Shown here: one piece after another, positions 1 through 13,421 of the stretch | How positions within the stretch are numbered: the stretch's first letter is position 1 | Layout: every line of letters begins with the position of its first letter | Assembly: GCF_030028105.1 (NCBI RefSeq) | Contig: NC_092379.1 | Span: 19,879,309-19,943,308 of the forward strand | Origin: Mobula birostris | Taxonomy: Eukaryota | DNA: 64,000 nucleotides | Direction: 5' to 3' | Translations under genes and position numbers: made by a program | The notes under the pieces: model-generated | What the model saw: only the letters and a program-made list of their open reading frames with translations | Databases searched by the model: none | What the model was told of the DNA's origin: nothing

Positions 1-384
1 CTCTCTAAACAATTTAAGGTCAGTTGATTTAAACTGCTTTCGGCATCGGGAATCCTGTGGACAGAACCGGCAGTAAAGGTGCGTCGGTGAAGAAATCGTT
101 CTCCAGAGAAGTCTCTCCCAACTGAATGTGTAAAACTGTTGGACTTTTGAAGTTATGCCTTTAAGAACTGTATCTGACTGTGTCACTTTAAGAACTGGTT
201 CCGTATTTAACTCTTTAAGAGCCAGAGCCGAGTGGAGTTGATGAACGGCTGCCTACCTGTTTAACCTCCGGTCAAAGTTTTCCTTTGTTTTTTTTTCCTT
301 ATCGCTTATACGTGTTTAATAAATGTTTGGTTGTTTTTGTAAACCCTGTCTCGATTAATATTCATTGTTGCCGGTTAAGTAACA
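1..384 (+). repeat. 3' part of an LTR-like sequence (runs off window start)
   Basis: AATAAA near 318 followed by a GT-rich stretch ending in ...GTAACA, an LTR-type terminus; no internal domain seen. Confidence 0.4.
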
Positions 385-399
385 GTACTAACATACGAG

Positions 400-2100
400 G
401 TGCCTATAAAGCAGTGCCTCCACTCCACATTGACTCTCAGACTACTTATCTGTAATGCTAATTGCAGCATACAAATGGGTCAGCCAGTTCTAAAGATGGT
501 GAAAACCTGGTCCACAGCTGCAATCTGCCTATGGTAACCATGTTAACATCGAGGAATATGTGGATTTTGTGATCATCTACACAGAGAAGTGTACTGAGGA
601 TGTTACCATCATGAAACACATCCAGCTGAGGGTAAATCAGAAGCCATGGCTTACTGTAGAGGTCCATGAACGGTGGAGGGATCGTGATGCTCCCTTTAGA
701 TCGGGGGACGTGACAGCTGTCAGGGAACTAAGAACTGTGCTTTTCCGCTCCAACAGGAATATGAAATGGGAACATTCTCAGAGAATTTACAGTCACTTCT
801 GCAATGCCAGAGATGAGAGGCACTTGTGGCAAGAAACTCAGAGGAGTACAGACTATAAGTCTACCCTGCGCGTCAGAGACCAAGATGCTTCACTCTCTGA
901 GAGGATTAATGCCTCCCATGCCTAGTTTGATGCACAGAACAAAGCGCTGCCTAAATGATTATCATCCGGTGGCATTAACATCAACCATTATGAAGTGCTT
1001 TGAGCAACTGGTCATGGAGCACATTAAAGTTTTTCTCCCGGCTGCATTGGACCCTTTCAAGTTTGATTAATGCTTAAATCGATCCACTGACGATGCAATA
1101 GCCTCTGTCCTCCACTATGTTCTGTCCCACCTGGAAAATGGGGTCTCGTTTGCCAAACTACTGTTTATTGACCAATTTGGCATTCAACACCATCATAAAC
1201 CAGAAACTGGTGGGGAAACTGTCCTCGCTTGGTTTCAACACCCCCTCGGCAAGTGGATACTGGACTTCTTAGCAGTAAGGCCGCAGTCAGTCCGTGTGGG
1301 CAGCAACATCTCTAGTTCCATTCCGCCAAGCACTGGCGCTACTCAAGGCTGTGTGCTCAGCCCACTGCTGATGCAGGACTGTGTCACAAGATCCAGTTCA
1401 CCCAGGCCATCATTTGTGGATGATACACCAGTGGTTGGTCTCATCAAAAATGATGACAAGATGGAGTATAGAGAGGAAGTGGAGCGGCTGGTGGATTGGT
1501 GCGAGAAGAACTATCTAAGCCTGAACGTGGAGAAGACAAAAGAAATCGTTGTGGACTTCAGGACAAACCACCCCCTCCCGAATACATGGCTCCTCCGTAG
1601 AGAGAGTTAAGTGCACCAAGTTCCTGGAAGTTCACATCATGGATGACCTCACCTGGTCCCTTAATATCACTTCCCTGAACAAGAATGCACAGCAGTGCCT
1701 CTAAAGAAGTTTATTTCGTTTGACTTCTTAGGAAGTTCATTTCCTAAGAAGATTGAAGCAACCACGCTTGCCCACATCTTAACTGATTTTACTGGAGCGT
1801 CATTGAGAACATCCTGACAAGTTGCATCTCCATCTGGTATGGGAGTAGTCGATCATTGGACAGGAATTCTCTACAAAAGGCTCTGTGTGAATGGCTGAGA
1901 GGATCTCCCAACTATTTATCAGAAGGGTTGCATACGCAGAGCCCTTAGTATTATTAAGGACCCCACTCATCCATTCAGCATCTTCCTTGACTTTCTACCA
2001 TTAGGCAGGAGGCGACGATGCATAAAAACAAGAACGGTCAGGATCTGAAAGAGTTTTTTTCCCCAGGCCATTCCGCTTCTGAGCTCCCTGTCACATCAAA
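400..2100 (+). mobile_element. Decayed Rex1/Babar-type LINE (RT region)
   Basis: Broken frames give [35 protein letters not shown] and FVDDT..VGLI...YREEV..LV.WC..N.LSLNV.KTKE.VVDFR. Confidence 0.8.
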
Positions 2101-2142
2101 TTCAGTGTCACTGGTTAATCTGTTCCAGTACAATATTTAGTA

Positions 2143-4120
2143 TAACCATATAAACATATAACAATTACAGCACAGAAACAGGTCATCTCGGCCCTTCTAG
2201 ACCGTGCCGAACTCTTACTCTCACCTAGTCCCACCGATCTGCACTCAGACCATAACCCTCCATTCCTTTCCTGTCCATATATCTGTCCAATTTAACTTTA
2301 AACGACAACATCGAACTTGCCTCAACCACTTCTGCTGGAAGCTCGTTCCACACAGCTACCACTCTCTGAGTAAAGAAGTTCCCCCTCATTTTACCCCTAA
2401 ACTTTTGCCCTTTAAATCTCAACTCATGTCCTCTTGTTTGAATCTCCCCCACTCTCAATGGAAAAAGCCTATCCACGTTACTTCTATCTATCCCCCTCAT
2501 AATTTTAAATGCCTCTATAAAGTTCCCCCCTCAACCTTCTACATTCCAAAGAATAAAGACCCAACTTATTCAACCTTTCTCATAACTTAGGTGATGAGAC
2601 CCAGGTAACATTCTAGTAAATCTTCTCTGTACTCTCTCTAATTTGTTGACATCTTTCCTATAATTTGGTGACCAAAACTGTACACAATACTCCAAATTTG
2701 GCCTCAACAATGCCTTGTACAATTTCAACATTACATCCCAACTCCTAGACTCAATGCTCGGATTTATAAAGGCCAGCATACCAAAAGCTTTCTTCACCAC
2801 CCTATCCACATGAGATTCCACCTTCAGGGAACTGTGCACCATTATTCCTAGATCTGTCTGTTCTACTGCATTCTTCAATGCCCTACCATTTACCATGTAT
2901 GTCTTATTTTGATTAGTCCTACAAAAACGTAGCACTTCACATTAAACTCCATCTGCCATCTTTCAGCCCACTCTTCTAACTGGCCTAAATCTCTCTTCAA
3001 GCTTTGAAAACCTACCTCATTATCCACAACTCCACCTATCTTAGTATCATCTGCATACTTACTCATCCAATTTACCACCCCATCATCCAGATCATTAATG
3101 TATATGACAAATAACTTTGGACCCAGTACAGATCCCTGAGGTACACCACTAGTCACCGGCCTCCAATCTGACAAACAGTTATCCACCACCACTCTCTGGC
3201 GTCTCCCATCCAGCCACTGCTAAATGCGTTTTACTACTGCAATGTTAGTACCTACAGATTGAACCTTCCTAACCCACCTTCCATGTGGGACTTGTCAAAG
3301 GCCTTACTGACGTTCATATAGACAACATCAACTCCTGTACCCTCGTCAACTTTCCTAGTAACCTCTTCAAAAAATTCAATAAGATTTGTCAAACATGACC
3401 TTTCACGTACAAATCCATGTTGACTGTTCCTAATCAAACCCTGTCTATCCAGATAATTATATATACCATATCTAAAAATACTTTCCATCAATTTACCCAC
3501 CACTGACGTCAAACTCACAGGCTGATAATTGCTAGGTTTAGTCTTAGAACCCTTTTTAAACAATGGAACAACATGGGCAATTCACCAATCATGCGGCACC
3601 ATCCCCGTTTCTAATGACATTTGAAGTATTTCTGTCAGAGCCCCTGCTATTTCCACACTAATTTCCCTCATGGTCCTAGGGATTATCCTGTCAGGACCCG
3701 GAGACTTATCCACCTTCATATTCCTTAAAAGCTCCAGTACTTCCTCTTCTTTAATCATCATAGTTTCTATAATTTCCTCACCTGTTTCCCTTATCTTATA
3801 CAATTCAAAATCCTTCTCCTTAGTGAATACCGAAGAAAAGAAATTGTTCAGAATCTCCCCCATCTCTTTTGGCTCCACACATAGCTGTCCACTCTGATTC
3901 TCTCAGGACCCAATTTTATCCCTCACTATCCTTTTGCTACTAATATAATGGTAGAAACTCTTGGGATTTCTTTTCACCTTACTTGCCAAAGCAACCTCAT
4001 ATCTCCTTTTAGCTTTTCTAATTTCCTTCTTAAGATTCTTTTTATATTCTTTATATTCCTCGAGCACCTCATTTATTCCATGCTGCCTATATTAATTGTA
4101 GATATCTCTCTTATTCTGAA
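2143..4120 (-). mobile_element. CR1 LINE, RT/3' half, frameshifted
   Basis: [49 protein letters not shown] in ORF track; short-repeat tail at ~2143-2170. Confidence 0.9.
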
Positions 4121-5560
4121 CCAAGTTTCCATAGTAGACATAGTCATACTTTGTTGATCCCAGGGGACATTGGTTTTCGTTACAGTTGCACCATAATAAT
4201 TAAATAGTAGTAAAACCATAAATAATTAAATAGTAATATGTAAATTATGCCAGGAAATAAATCCAGGACCAGCCTATTGGCTCAGGGTGTCTGACCCTCC
4301 AAGGAAGGAGTTGTAAAGTTTGATGGCCACTGGCAGGAATGACTTTCTATGACGCTCTGTGCTGCATCTCGGAGGAATGAGTCTCTGGCTGAATGTACTC
4401 CTGTGCCCAACCAGTACATTATGTAGTGGATGGGAGACATTGTCCAAGATGGCATGCAACTTGGACAGCATCCTCTTTTCAGACACCACCGTCAGAGAGT
4501 CCAGTTCCATCCCCACAACATCACTGGCCTTACAAATGAGTTTGTTGATTCTGTTGGTGTCTGCTACCCTCAGCCTGCTGCCCCAGCACACAACAGCAAA
4601 CATGATAGCACTGGCCACCACGGACTCATAGAACATCCTCAGCATCATCCGACAGATGTTAAAGGACCTCAGTATCCTCAGGAAATAGAGATGACTCTGA
4701 CCCTTCTTGTTGACAGCCTCAGTGTTCTTTGACCAGTCCAGTTTATTGTCAATTCGTATCCCCAGGAATTTGTAATCCTCCACCATGTCCACACTGACCC
4801 CCTGGATGGAATCAGGGGTGACTGGTGCCTTAGCTCTCCTCAGGTCTGCCACCAGCTCCTTAGTCTTTTTCACATTAAGCTGCAGATAAGTCTGCTCACA
4901 CCATGTGACAATGTTTTCTACCGTAGCCCTGTACTCAGCCTCATCTCCCTTGCTGATGCATCTAACTATGGCAGAGTCATCTGAAAACCTCTGAAGATGA
5001 CAAGACTCTGTGCAGTAGTTGAAGTCCGAGGTGTAAATGGTGAAGAGAAAGGGAGACAAGACAGTCCCCTGTGGAGCCCCAGTGCTGCTGATCACTCTGT
5101 CGGACACACAATGTTGCAAGCACACAAACTGTGGTCTGCCAGTCAGGTAATCAAGAATCCATGGCACCAGGAAAGCATTCAGCTGCATCGCTGTCAGTTT
5201 TTCCCCCAGCAGAGCAGGGCGGATGGTGTTGAACGCACTTTAGAAGTCAAAAAACATGACCCTCACAGTGCTCGCTGGCTTGTCCAGGTGGGCATAGACA
5301 TGGTTCAGCAGGTAGGGGATGGCATCCTCAACTCCTAGTCAGGGCTGGTAGGCGAACTGGAGGGGATCTAAGTGTGGCCTAACCATAGGCTGGAGCAGCT
5401 CCAGAACAAGTCTCTCCAGGGTCTTCATGATGTGGGAGGTCAATGCTATTGGTCTGTAGTCATTGAGACTGCTGGGGCGTGGCTTCGGCACAGGGATGAG
5501 GCAGGATGTCTTGCACAGCACAGGAACCCTCCAGAGCCTCAGGCTCAGGTTGAAGACATA
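4121..5560 (-). mobile_element. 5'-truncated Rex1/Babar-type LINE inserted into the CR1
   Basis: 304-aa ORF 4274-5188 with TGAPQGTVLSPFLF and FSDDSAIV; LNDYRPIALTSHIMKTLERLV upstream; CR1 sequence continues on both sides. Confidence 0.85.
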
Positions 5561-5580
5561 TACCCCTTGAAAAGGGATAT

Positions 5581-6480
5581 CCAATATCCCTTGAAAACCA
5601 TGGCTCTCTCAAACTTTTAACAGTTCCTTTCAACCTAACAGGAACATAAAGATTCTGTACTCTCAAAATTTCACCTTCAAATTACCTCCATTTCTCTGTT
5701 ACATTCTTCCCATAAACAAATTGTCCCAATCCACTCCTTCTAAATCCTTTCGCATCTTGTCAAAGTTAGCCTTTCTCCAATCAAAAATCTCAACCCGGGG
5801 TCCAGACCTATCCTTTTCCATAATTATATTGAAACTAATAGCATTGTGATCACTGGACCCAAAGCGCTCCCCAAGACAAACCTCCATCACCTGACCTATC
5901 TCATTCCCTAACAGGAGATCCAACACTGCCCCTTCTCTAGTTGGTACCTCTATGTATTGCTTCAAAAAACTATCCTGCACACATCTTATGAACTCCAAAC
6001 CATCCAGCCCTTTTACAGTATGGGCTTCCCAGTCTATATGTGGAAAATTAAAACCTCCCAAAATCACAACCTTGTGCTTACTACAAATATCTGCTACCTC
6101 TTTACAAATTTGCTCCTCCAATTCTCACTCCCCATTTGGTGGTCTATAATACACCCACATAAGAGTTAATACACCTTTCCCATTCCTCAATTCCACCCAA
6201 ATGGCCTCCCTAGACGAGCCCTCTAATCTATCCTGCCAAGCAATACAACACCTCCCACTCTTGTCCCTCTGATTCTATCACACCTGAAGCAATTAAATCC
6301 AGGAATATTTAGTGGCCAATCACACCCCTCCTCTAACTATGTTTCACTAATAGCTACCACATCATACTTACAAGTATCAATCCATGCTTTAAGCTCATCC
6401 ACCTTTCTTATAATGCTCCTAGCATTAAAATTATTAATGCACTTTAGTTTGTTATTTACATGTGATTCATCTGTAGACTT
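5581..6480 (-). mobile_element. CR1 LINE, APE endonuclease half (same copy as 2143-4120)
   Basis: KYDVVAISET, GGFNFPHIDW, LDLLLGNE, SSDHNAISF motifs. Confidence 0.85.
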
Positions 6481-6624
6481 TATCTTTACCTTCATAAGTT
6501 TCCCTGTGTTATGTGCACTACTGTGATTTACACCCTGATTCGGAGAAACACTGTCCCGTTTCAATATACATTATATGGTTATATACATTATATACATGTG
6601 TATAGTTAAATGACAATAAAGTTG

Positions 6625-6861
6625 ACATGACGATGAAATGAAGTTGAGTCACTGGAATGTGAGAACCTGTGGAGTTTCCAACAGCGAAAAATATGAGTGT
6701 CGTTTTAGTCTCAAACACGGACGTTGATGTTGCCACCCTAGTGAGGGGTTCAGGAGAGGGTCAGCTGAAGGAACAAGGTACACATTATGGAAGGGTCATC
6801 TGGAAGGAAAACCTCTTCTACATGGGGTTGGATTAGCTGTGAAAGATGAGATATTTGTCCC
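6625..6861 (+). mobile_element. Old RTE-clade LINE remnant (start of endonuclease); continues at 14233
   Basis: HWNVRT and GQLKEQG..YT..WKG...LHGVGLAVK; collinear with the reverse complement of ~48.6-48.9 kb. Confidence 0.65.
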
Positions 6862-7007
6862 AGTGGGCGGTGTTAACAGTGGTGCCAATCAAGTTGAAAG
6901 GCAGCCAACACTGAAACAGCAGCACCTCGGGAACTCCAAGGAACTGCGAAGTGATACTGGATCAACAGCGACCTCTAGTGGCTTAGGTGATTATGACAGT
7001 AATGAGG

Positions 7008-8185
7008 TAGGTTTCCCCCGCCACCCGAAGGTAGAGCGTTCCTATGAAACAGTTCGTAAGCCGGAATGTTGTAAGCGAAGAAGCAATTACCATTTATTTA
7101 TATGGGAAAAATTTGTGAGCGTTCGCAGACCCCAAAGTAACCTACCAAATCATGCCAAATAACACATAAAACCTAAAATAACATTAACATACAGTAAAAG
7201 CAGGAATGATATGATAAATACACAGCCTATATAAATAGAAACACTTCTCTGCAATCGGCAATCGCCCCTGATCCGGACCGACATTTATGTGCCAGGCAGC
7301 ACCTAATTAATTAGCTTGTTTATTTCAGTTTTTTTTCTTAAAGACGTGCTGGATGCCTCCCGGCTACCGCTGAATTCTCCGCGAATCGGTATCTGTCCGC
7401 AGTCCGGGGGTTGGGACCACTGGGGTCGTGGGACACGGGGGTGTCATCTCATCGTCGATCAGGGCAGGCAGGTCATCTTCTTTGGCGAAGGTCGAGGTTC
7501 GTCGTCTGCTGTGGCTGATGTGGAAGGCTTGAAAAACGACAGTATGCTTAACTGCTTAGCCTTGCGCATTTTTCTATCATACAGTTCTTTGTAAACCATC
7601 TTGCAAATATGTCCTAAACCGATGTACCCTTTCAAAATTAAAGTCGTACTTTATCATTGCAGCGAAAATCTCACGCAATTGCTTCACATTCAGTTCCTGG
7701 ACGACTTCACTTTCGGTCCGTTCACCACTGCATTCGGTTTTGATTGTTATCTTTTCCTCTTCCAATTGCATCAGCTCTTCATTTATCAGTTCTTGGTCAT
7801 GGGATGCCAAAACCTCTTCAACATCATCTTCCACAAGCCAAACTCACTTTGTCCGTACTTCTTTCACCACGATCAAAAGGCTTAATTATGTCTAATTTTA
7901 CGCTAAGTGCAACATCCTTACGAGCTCTTTCAGGCTTTTCCGATACCTTAGAATTCATCTTACAAACTGCTGCTCACAGGCACTTGTTTAAGCAATGCCG
8001 GCGAGAATGCAGTTCCGAATCCAGGGGAGGAGCTTGGCTGCTCGGGGCGCGCGCTGCTTATTTTCGCGTGCTGCTTTTTTCGTAACAGTGAAAACACCTT
8101 CTGTTAGCGAAAACAGGTACTAATGCAGGCCTTTCGTAACAGCGAAGTTTCGTAAAGCGAACGTTCGAAAAGCGGGGGACACCTG
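7008..8185 (-). mobile_element. Tigger/pogo DNA transposon, internally deleted
   Basis: Imperfect TIRs (T)AGGTTTCCCCCGC / GCGGGGGACACCTG; ORF 7577-7834 resembles TIGD-type C-terminus (DVEEVLASHDQELINEELMQLEEE). Confidence 0.75.
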
Positions 8186-8199
8186 GTAATTGGTCTGGC

Positions 8200-9030
8200 A
8201 GCCATGGCAGGACTTGTCCCAGTAAAAACTAAGAGAGTGAAAACGTGCAAGACTGATGATGGAGAGTATGGAAGGAAACAGGAAGTTTGTCATGAACCAC
8301 CAGATCCAGAAAAAATGATGAATGATCTTGAGAAGTTGTTGGGCTGAACTTCAATGAATTAAGAATATATACAAATTGCATCCATATGTGGACATTCAAG
8401 TTTTAGTTACTATGCTAATAACTCAGCAAATGCAGCATTTGACACGGTGAGTTGAAGACCGTATAGGGGAGGATAAACAGAATTCACCATCTGGTTGAGA
8501 ATCAATTAAGGTGTGGTTAGAGAGACATGCCCCAAAGCAGATTGACTGGAAGAAAGTGGTTGATTACAAACAAAAGCCTTCAGAAGATATTTCTGAATAT
8601 GAAGACTGTTCTGGGACAGTTTGGTTTGCTTACTCAGGTGTCCCAGGAACAAAGAAAGATAATATCGAAGAGACTATATATGGCCCTCTCAAGTCGATTT
8701 TCAAGGATGGTTTGAAGACAGATGATGCCAAAATGGTGAAGATAGTGAAAGAAAATTGGAGTGAAACTGCTTTTTCCTACAGTGAACTGGTATGAGCTGA
8801 TAAACAAGTGGAGCGAGATATCAACATCCAAATAAGATCGATACAGATGGATCAATGATCTCCATCTGCTAACCAACAGAACAAGTGGAATTGGATATGC
8901 AAGTTATATGGTAGAAGAGGACATTGGGCGAGATCTTTTTGCCATAAGAAATTAACTTCACCACAAAGACCTCGACAACAACTTCCCCACAGTAAGCTCA
9001 ATCCTGACCTCACAAGGGAAGGAAAACATT
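8200..9030 (+). pseudogene. gag: ERV-A gag remnant (capsid C-terminus and degenerate zinc knuckle)
   Basis: IDWKKVVDYKQKPSEDISEY (ORF 8511-8795); C..YGRRGHWAR..C near 8897-8943. Confidence 0.65.
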
Positions 9031-9129
9031 GACTGGACGGCACAATTTCAGGCTACAATTGCAGATGTAATAGGTATGTTGTCAAGGTTGCAAAAATGAC
9101 TAGGCCCATCACAACAGGACATGGAAGAC

Positions 9130-10500
9130 TATGATGACCATGACTGTGCAAGAACAATAACATGCCAAGAAGATGCTAATTATCATTAAGAAGTGCCTTT
9201 GTTGAACCCAGATCTGGTTCTGTACACTGATGGCTCTTCAGTCACTGAGTGAGGAATTCGAATGGCTGGTTGGGCTGCTGTCACAGAAAATGAAGCGATA
9301 GCCTCAGGAAGCAGGGAATCTCTGCATGTGAAACCTTTAACTGAAGCCTGTAAGCTAGCAGAAAGAAGATAAGCTAATATGTACACCAATTCTCGATATG
9401 CTTTCTGAGTTGTTCATGAATTTGGAAATTTATGGAGACAAAGATGATTTCATACAGTCGTGGGAATTCCAATCAAGAATGGTGAACTAGTACAAGAGCT
9501 CATGGAATCATACAACTACCAACAGAAGTTGCAGCATTAAAATGGAAAGGTTACTCTAAAATGACCACAATGGAAAGCCATGGAAATGCATTTGCAGATG
9601 AAACCGCAAAAAGGGCAGCAAGCGAAGGAGTAAAGAAAATCGAAGCCATGGAAGAACACCTGATAACTGAAACCAAGTTAAAAACTATGTCGCAAACAAA
9701 CATGGAAGATATTCTAGAAATGCAACATCGGTGCTCAATTAAAGAAAAGAGGTACAGGATGGAAAATGGAGACAATAGAGTATGGAGAAACGGCACCAGT
9801 CTTAGACTGGTCTCAGCCTGAAATGTTGACTGTACTTCTTCCTAGAGATGCTGCCTGGCCTGCTGCATTCACCAGCAACTTTGATGTGTTGCTTGAATTT
9901 CCAGCATCTGCAGAATTCCTGTTGTTTACTAGTCTTAGACTGGTAGCCCCATCTGAGCTGCTTCCTTACCTGACCCAGCAGATACTCTTCTTGGGGCACA
10001 TTGGTTGCAAAAGATGGTCGATAGATTCTCCCCATGGTGGTGGAACCCAAAGTTCAGGATGCAAGCTTGGCAAATAGTTTAGAGATGTATGACATGCCAG
10101 AAAACAAGCCCCTGATCAGCTACCTCAACTGAGTACTCCTGCTCCACCTGGTCCATTTTCACATCTGCAAGTGGACTACATTACTTTAATGAAGTGGAAA
10201 GCATATTCAGATGTGCTAGTAAAAGTGGATGAATTTTCAAGATGGGTAGAACCCATCCCAGCAAGAAAAGTTACTGCCACATACACAGCAGGAATCCTGA
10301 TTAAAGACTATATTCCTCGATGAGGATTTGCATTCCACATTGACTCTGACCAGGGAACACATTTCACTGGAAATGTTTGTTAAGAATGGCATCATCAAAC
10401 AATGGCTGAATAAGTATCATGATGAAGGTGTACCATAGCCTACAGCTATTCCTTTGCTTTTATGCAGTATCAGGGCAACCCTAAACAAGAATACAAAACT
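9130..10500 (+). pseudogene. pol: ERV-A pol remnant: RNase H and integrase core only
   Basis: DHDC, PLLNPDLVLYTDGSS, GNAFADETAKRAA; PGPFSHLQVDYI, VDEFSRWVEP, IDSDQGTHFTG. Confidence 0.85.
9812..9930 (+). mobile_element. Short Penelope-terminus-derived retroposon
   Basis: 14-bp TSD AGTCTTAGACTGGT (9798-9811, 9931-9944); same sequence family as 13570-13635 and 16790-16850. Confidence 0.8.
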
Positions 10501-10509
10501 AAGCCCATT

Positions 10510-13421
10510 TATATAAAGCCTGAAGGCTTTGTGTGTCAATGCCAGGAGCATTCGTAACAGGGTGGATGAATTGAAAGTGCAGATTGTTATTAATGATTAT
10601 GATATAGTTGGGATCACAGAGACATGGCTCCAGGGTGACCAAGGATGGGAGCTCAACGTTCAGGAATATTCAATATTCAGGAGGGATAGACATGAAAGAA
10701 AAGGAGGTGGGGTGGCTTTGCTGGTTAAAGAGGAGATTAACGCAATAGAAAGGAAGGACATAAACTGGGAAGATGTGGAATCGATATGGGTAGAGCTGCA
10801 TAACACTAAGAGGCAGAAAATACTGGTGGGAGTTGTGTACAGGCCACCTAACAGTAGTAGTGAGGTCGGGGATGGTATTAAACAGGAAATTAGAAATGTG
10901 TGCAATAAAGGAACAGCAGTTATAATGGGTGACTTCAATCTACATGTAGATTGGGTGAACCAAATTGGTAAAGGTGCTGAGGAAGAGGATTTCTTGGATT
11001 GTATGCGGGATGATTTTTTGAACCAACATGTCGAGGAACCAACTAGAGAGCAGGCTATTCTAGACTGAGTTTTGAGCAATGAGGAAGGGTTAATTAGCAA
11101 TCTTGTCGTGAGAGGCCCCTTGGGTAAGAGTGACCATAATATGGTGGAATTCTTCATTAAGATGGAGAGTGACATAGTTAATTCAGAAACAAAGGTTCTG
11201 AACTTAAAGAGGGGTAACTTTGAAGATATGAGACGTGAATTAGCTAAGATAGACTGGCAAATGACACTTAAAGGATTGACGGTGGATATGCAATGGCAAG
11301 CATTTAAAGATTGCATGGATGAACTACAACAATTGTTCATCCCAGTTTGACAAAAGAATAAATCAAGGAAGGTAGTGCACCCGTGGCTGACAAGGGAAAT
11401 TAGGGATAGTATCAATTCCAAAGAAGAAGCATACAAATTAGCCAGAAAAAGTGGCCCACCTGAGGACTGGGAGAAAATCAGAGTTCAGCAGAGGAGGACA
11501 AAGGGCTTAATCAGGAAGGGGAAAAAAGATTATGAGAGAAAACTGGCAGGGAACATAAAAACTGACTGTAAAAGCTTTTATAGATATGTAAAAAGGAAAA
11601 GACTGGTAAAGACAAATGTAGGTCCCCTACAGACAGAAACAGGTGAATTGATTATGGGGAGCAAGGACATGGCAGACCAATTGAGTAATTACTTTGGTTC
11701 TGTCTTCACTAAGGAGGACATAAATAATCTTCCAGAAATAGTAGGGGACAGGGGGTCCAGTGAGATGGAGAAACTGAGCGAAATACATGTTAGTAGAGAA
11801 GTGGTGTTAGGTAAATTGAAGGGATTAAAGGCAGACAAATCCCCAAGGCCAGATGGTCCGCATCCCAGAGTGCTTAAGGAAGTAGCCCAAGAAATAGTGG
11901 ATGCATTAGTGATAATTTTTCAAAACTCGTTAGATTCTGGACTAGTTCCTGAGGATTGGAGAGTCGCTAATGTAACCCCACTTTTTAAAAAAGGAGGGAG
12001 AGAGAAACCGGGGAATTATAGACCGGTTAGCCTAACGTCGGTGGTGGGGAAACTGCTGGAGCCAGTTATCAAAGATGTGATAACAGCACATTTGGAAAGC
12101 GGTGAAATCATCGGACAAAGTCAGCATGGATTTCTGAAAGGAAAATCATGTCTGACGAATCTCATAGAATTTTTTGAGGATGTAACTAGTAGAGTGGATA
12201 GGGGAGAACCAGTGGATGTGGTATATTTGGATTTTCAAAAGGCTTTTGACAAGGTCCCACACAGGAGATTAGTGTGCAAACTTAAAGCACACGGTATTGG
12301 GGCTAAGGTATTGATGTGGATAGAGAATTGGTTAGCAGACAGGAAGCAAAGAGTGGGAATAAACGGGACCTTTACAGAATGGCAGGCAGTGACTAGTGGG
12401 GTACCGCAAGGCTCAGTGCTGGGACCCCAGTTGTTTACAATATATATTAATGACTTGGATGAGGGAATTAAATGCAGCATCTCCAAGTTTGCGGATGACA
12501 CGAAGCTGGGCGGCAGTGTTAGCTGTGAGGAGGATGCTAAGAGGATGCAGGGTGACTTGGATAGGTTAGGTGAGTGGGCAAATTCATGGCAGATGCAATT
12601 TAATGTGGATAAATGTGAGGTTATCCATCTTGGTGGCAAAAATAGGAAAACAGATTATTATCTGAATGGTGGCCGATTAGGAAAAGGGGAGGTGCAACGA
12701 GACCTGGGTGTCATTATACACCAGTCATTGAAAGTGGGCATGCAGGTACAGCAGGCGGTGAAAAAGGCGAATGGTATGCTGGCATTTATAGCAAGAGGAT
12801 TCGAGTACAGGAGCAGGGAGGTACTACTGCAGTTGTACAAGGCCTTGGTGAGACCACACCTGGAGTATTGTGTGCAGTTTTGGACCCCTAATCTGAGGAA
12901 AAACATCCTTGCCATAGAGGGAGTACAAAGAAGGTTCACCAGATTGATTCCTGGGATGGCAGGACTTTCATATGAAGAAAGACTGGATGAACTAGGCTTG
13001 TACTCGTTGGAATTTAGAAGATTGAGGGGGGATCTGATTGAAAAGTATAAAATCTTAAAGGAATTGGACAGGCTAGATGCAGGAAGATTGTTCCCGATGT
13101 TGGGGAAGTCCAGAACGAGGGGTCACGGTTTGAGGATAAAGGTGAAGACTGAGATTAGGAAAAACTTCTTCACACAGAGAGTGATGAATCTGTGGAATTC
13201 TCTGCCACAGGAAACAGTTGAGGCCAGTTCATTGGCTATATTTAAGAGGGAGTTAGATATGGCCCTTGTGGTTATGGGGATCAGAGGGTATGGAGGGAAG
13301 GCTGGTGCAGGGTTCTGAGCTGGATGATCAGCCATGATCATAATAAATGGCGGTGCAGGCTCAAAGGACTGAATGGCCTACTCCTGTACCTATTTTCTAT
13401 GTTTCTATGTTTTCTATGTTT
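10510..13421 (+). mobile_element. CR1 LINE with near-complete ORF2 (APE + RT), two in-frame stops
   Basis: ORFs 10529-11068, 11072-11350 and 11375-13318 in one frame; FADDTKLGG; (TTCTATG)n tail ~13395-13421. Confidence 0.95.
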
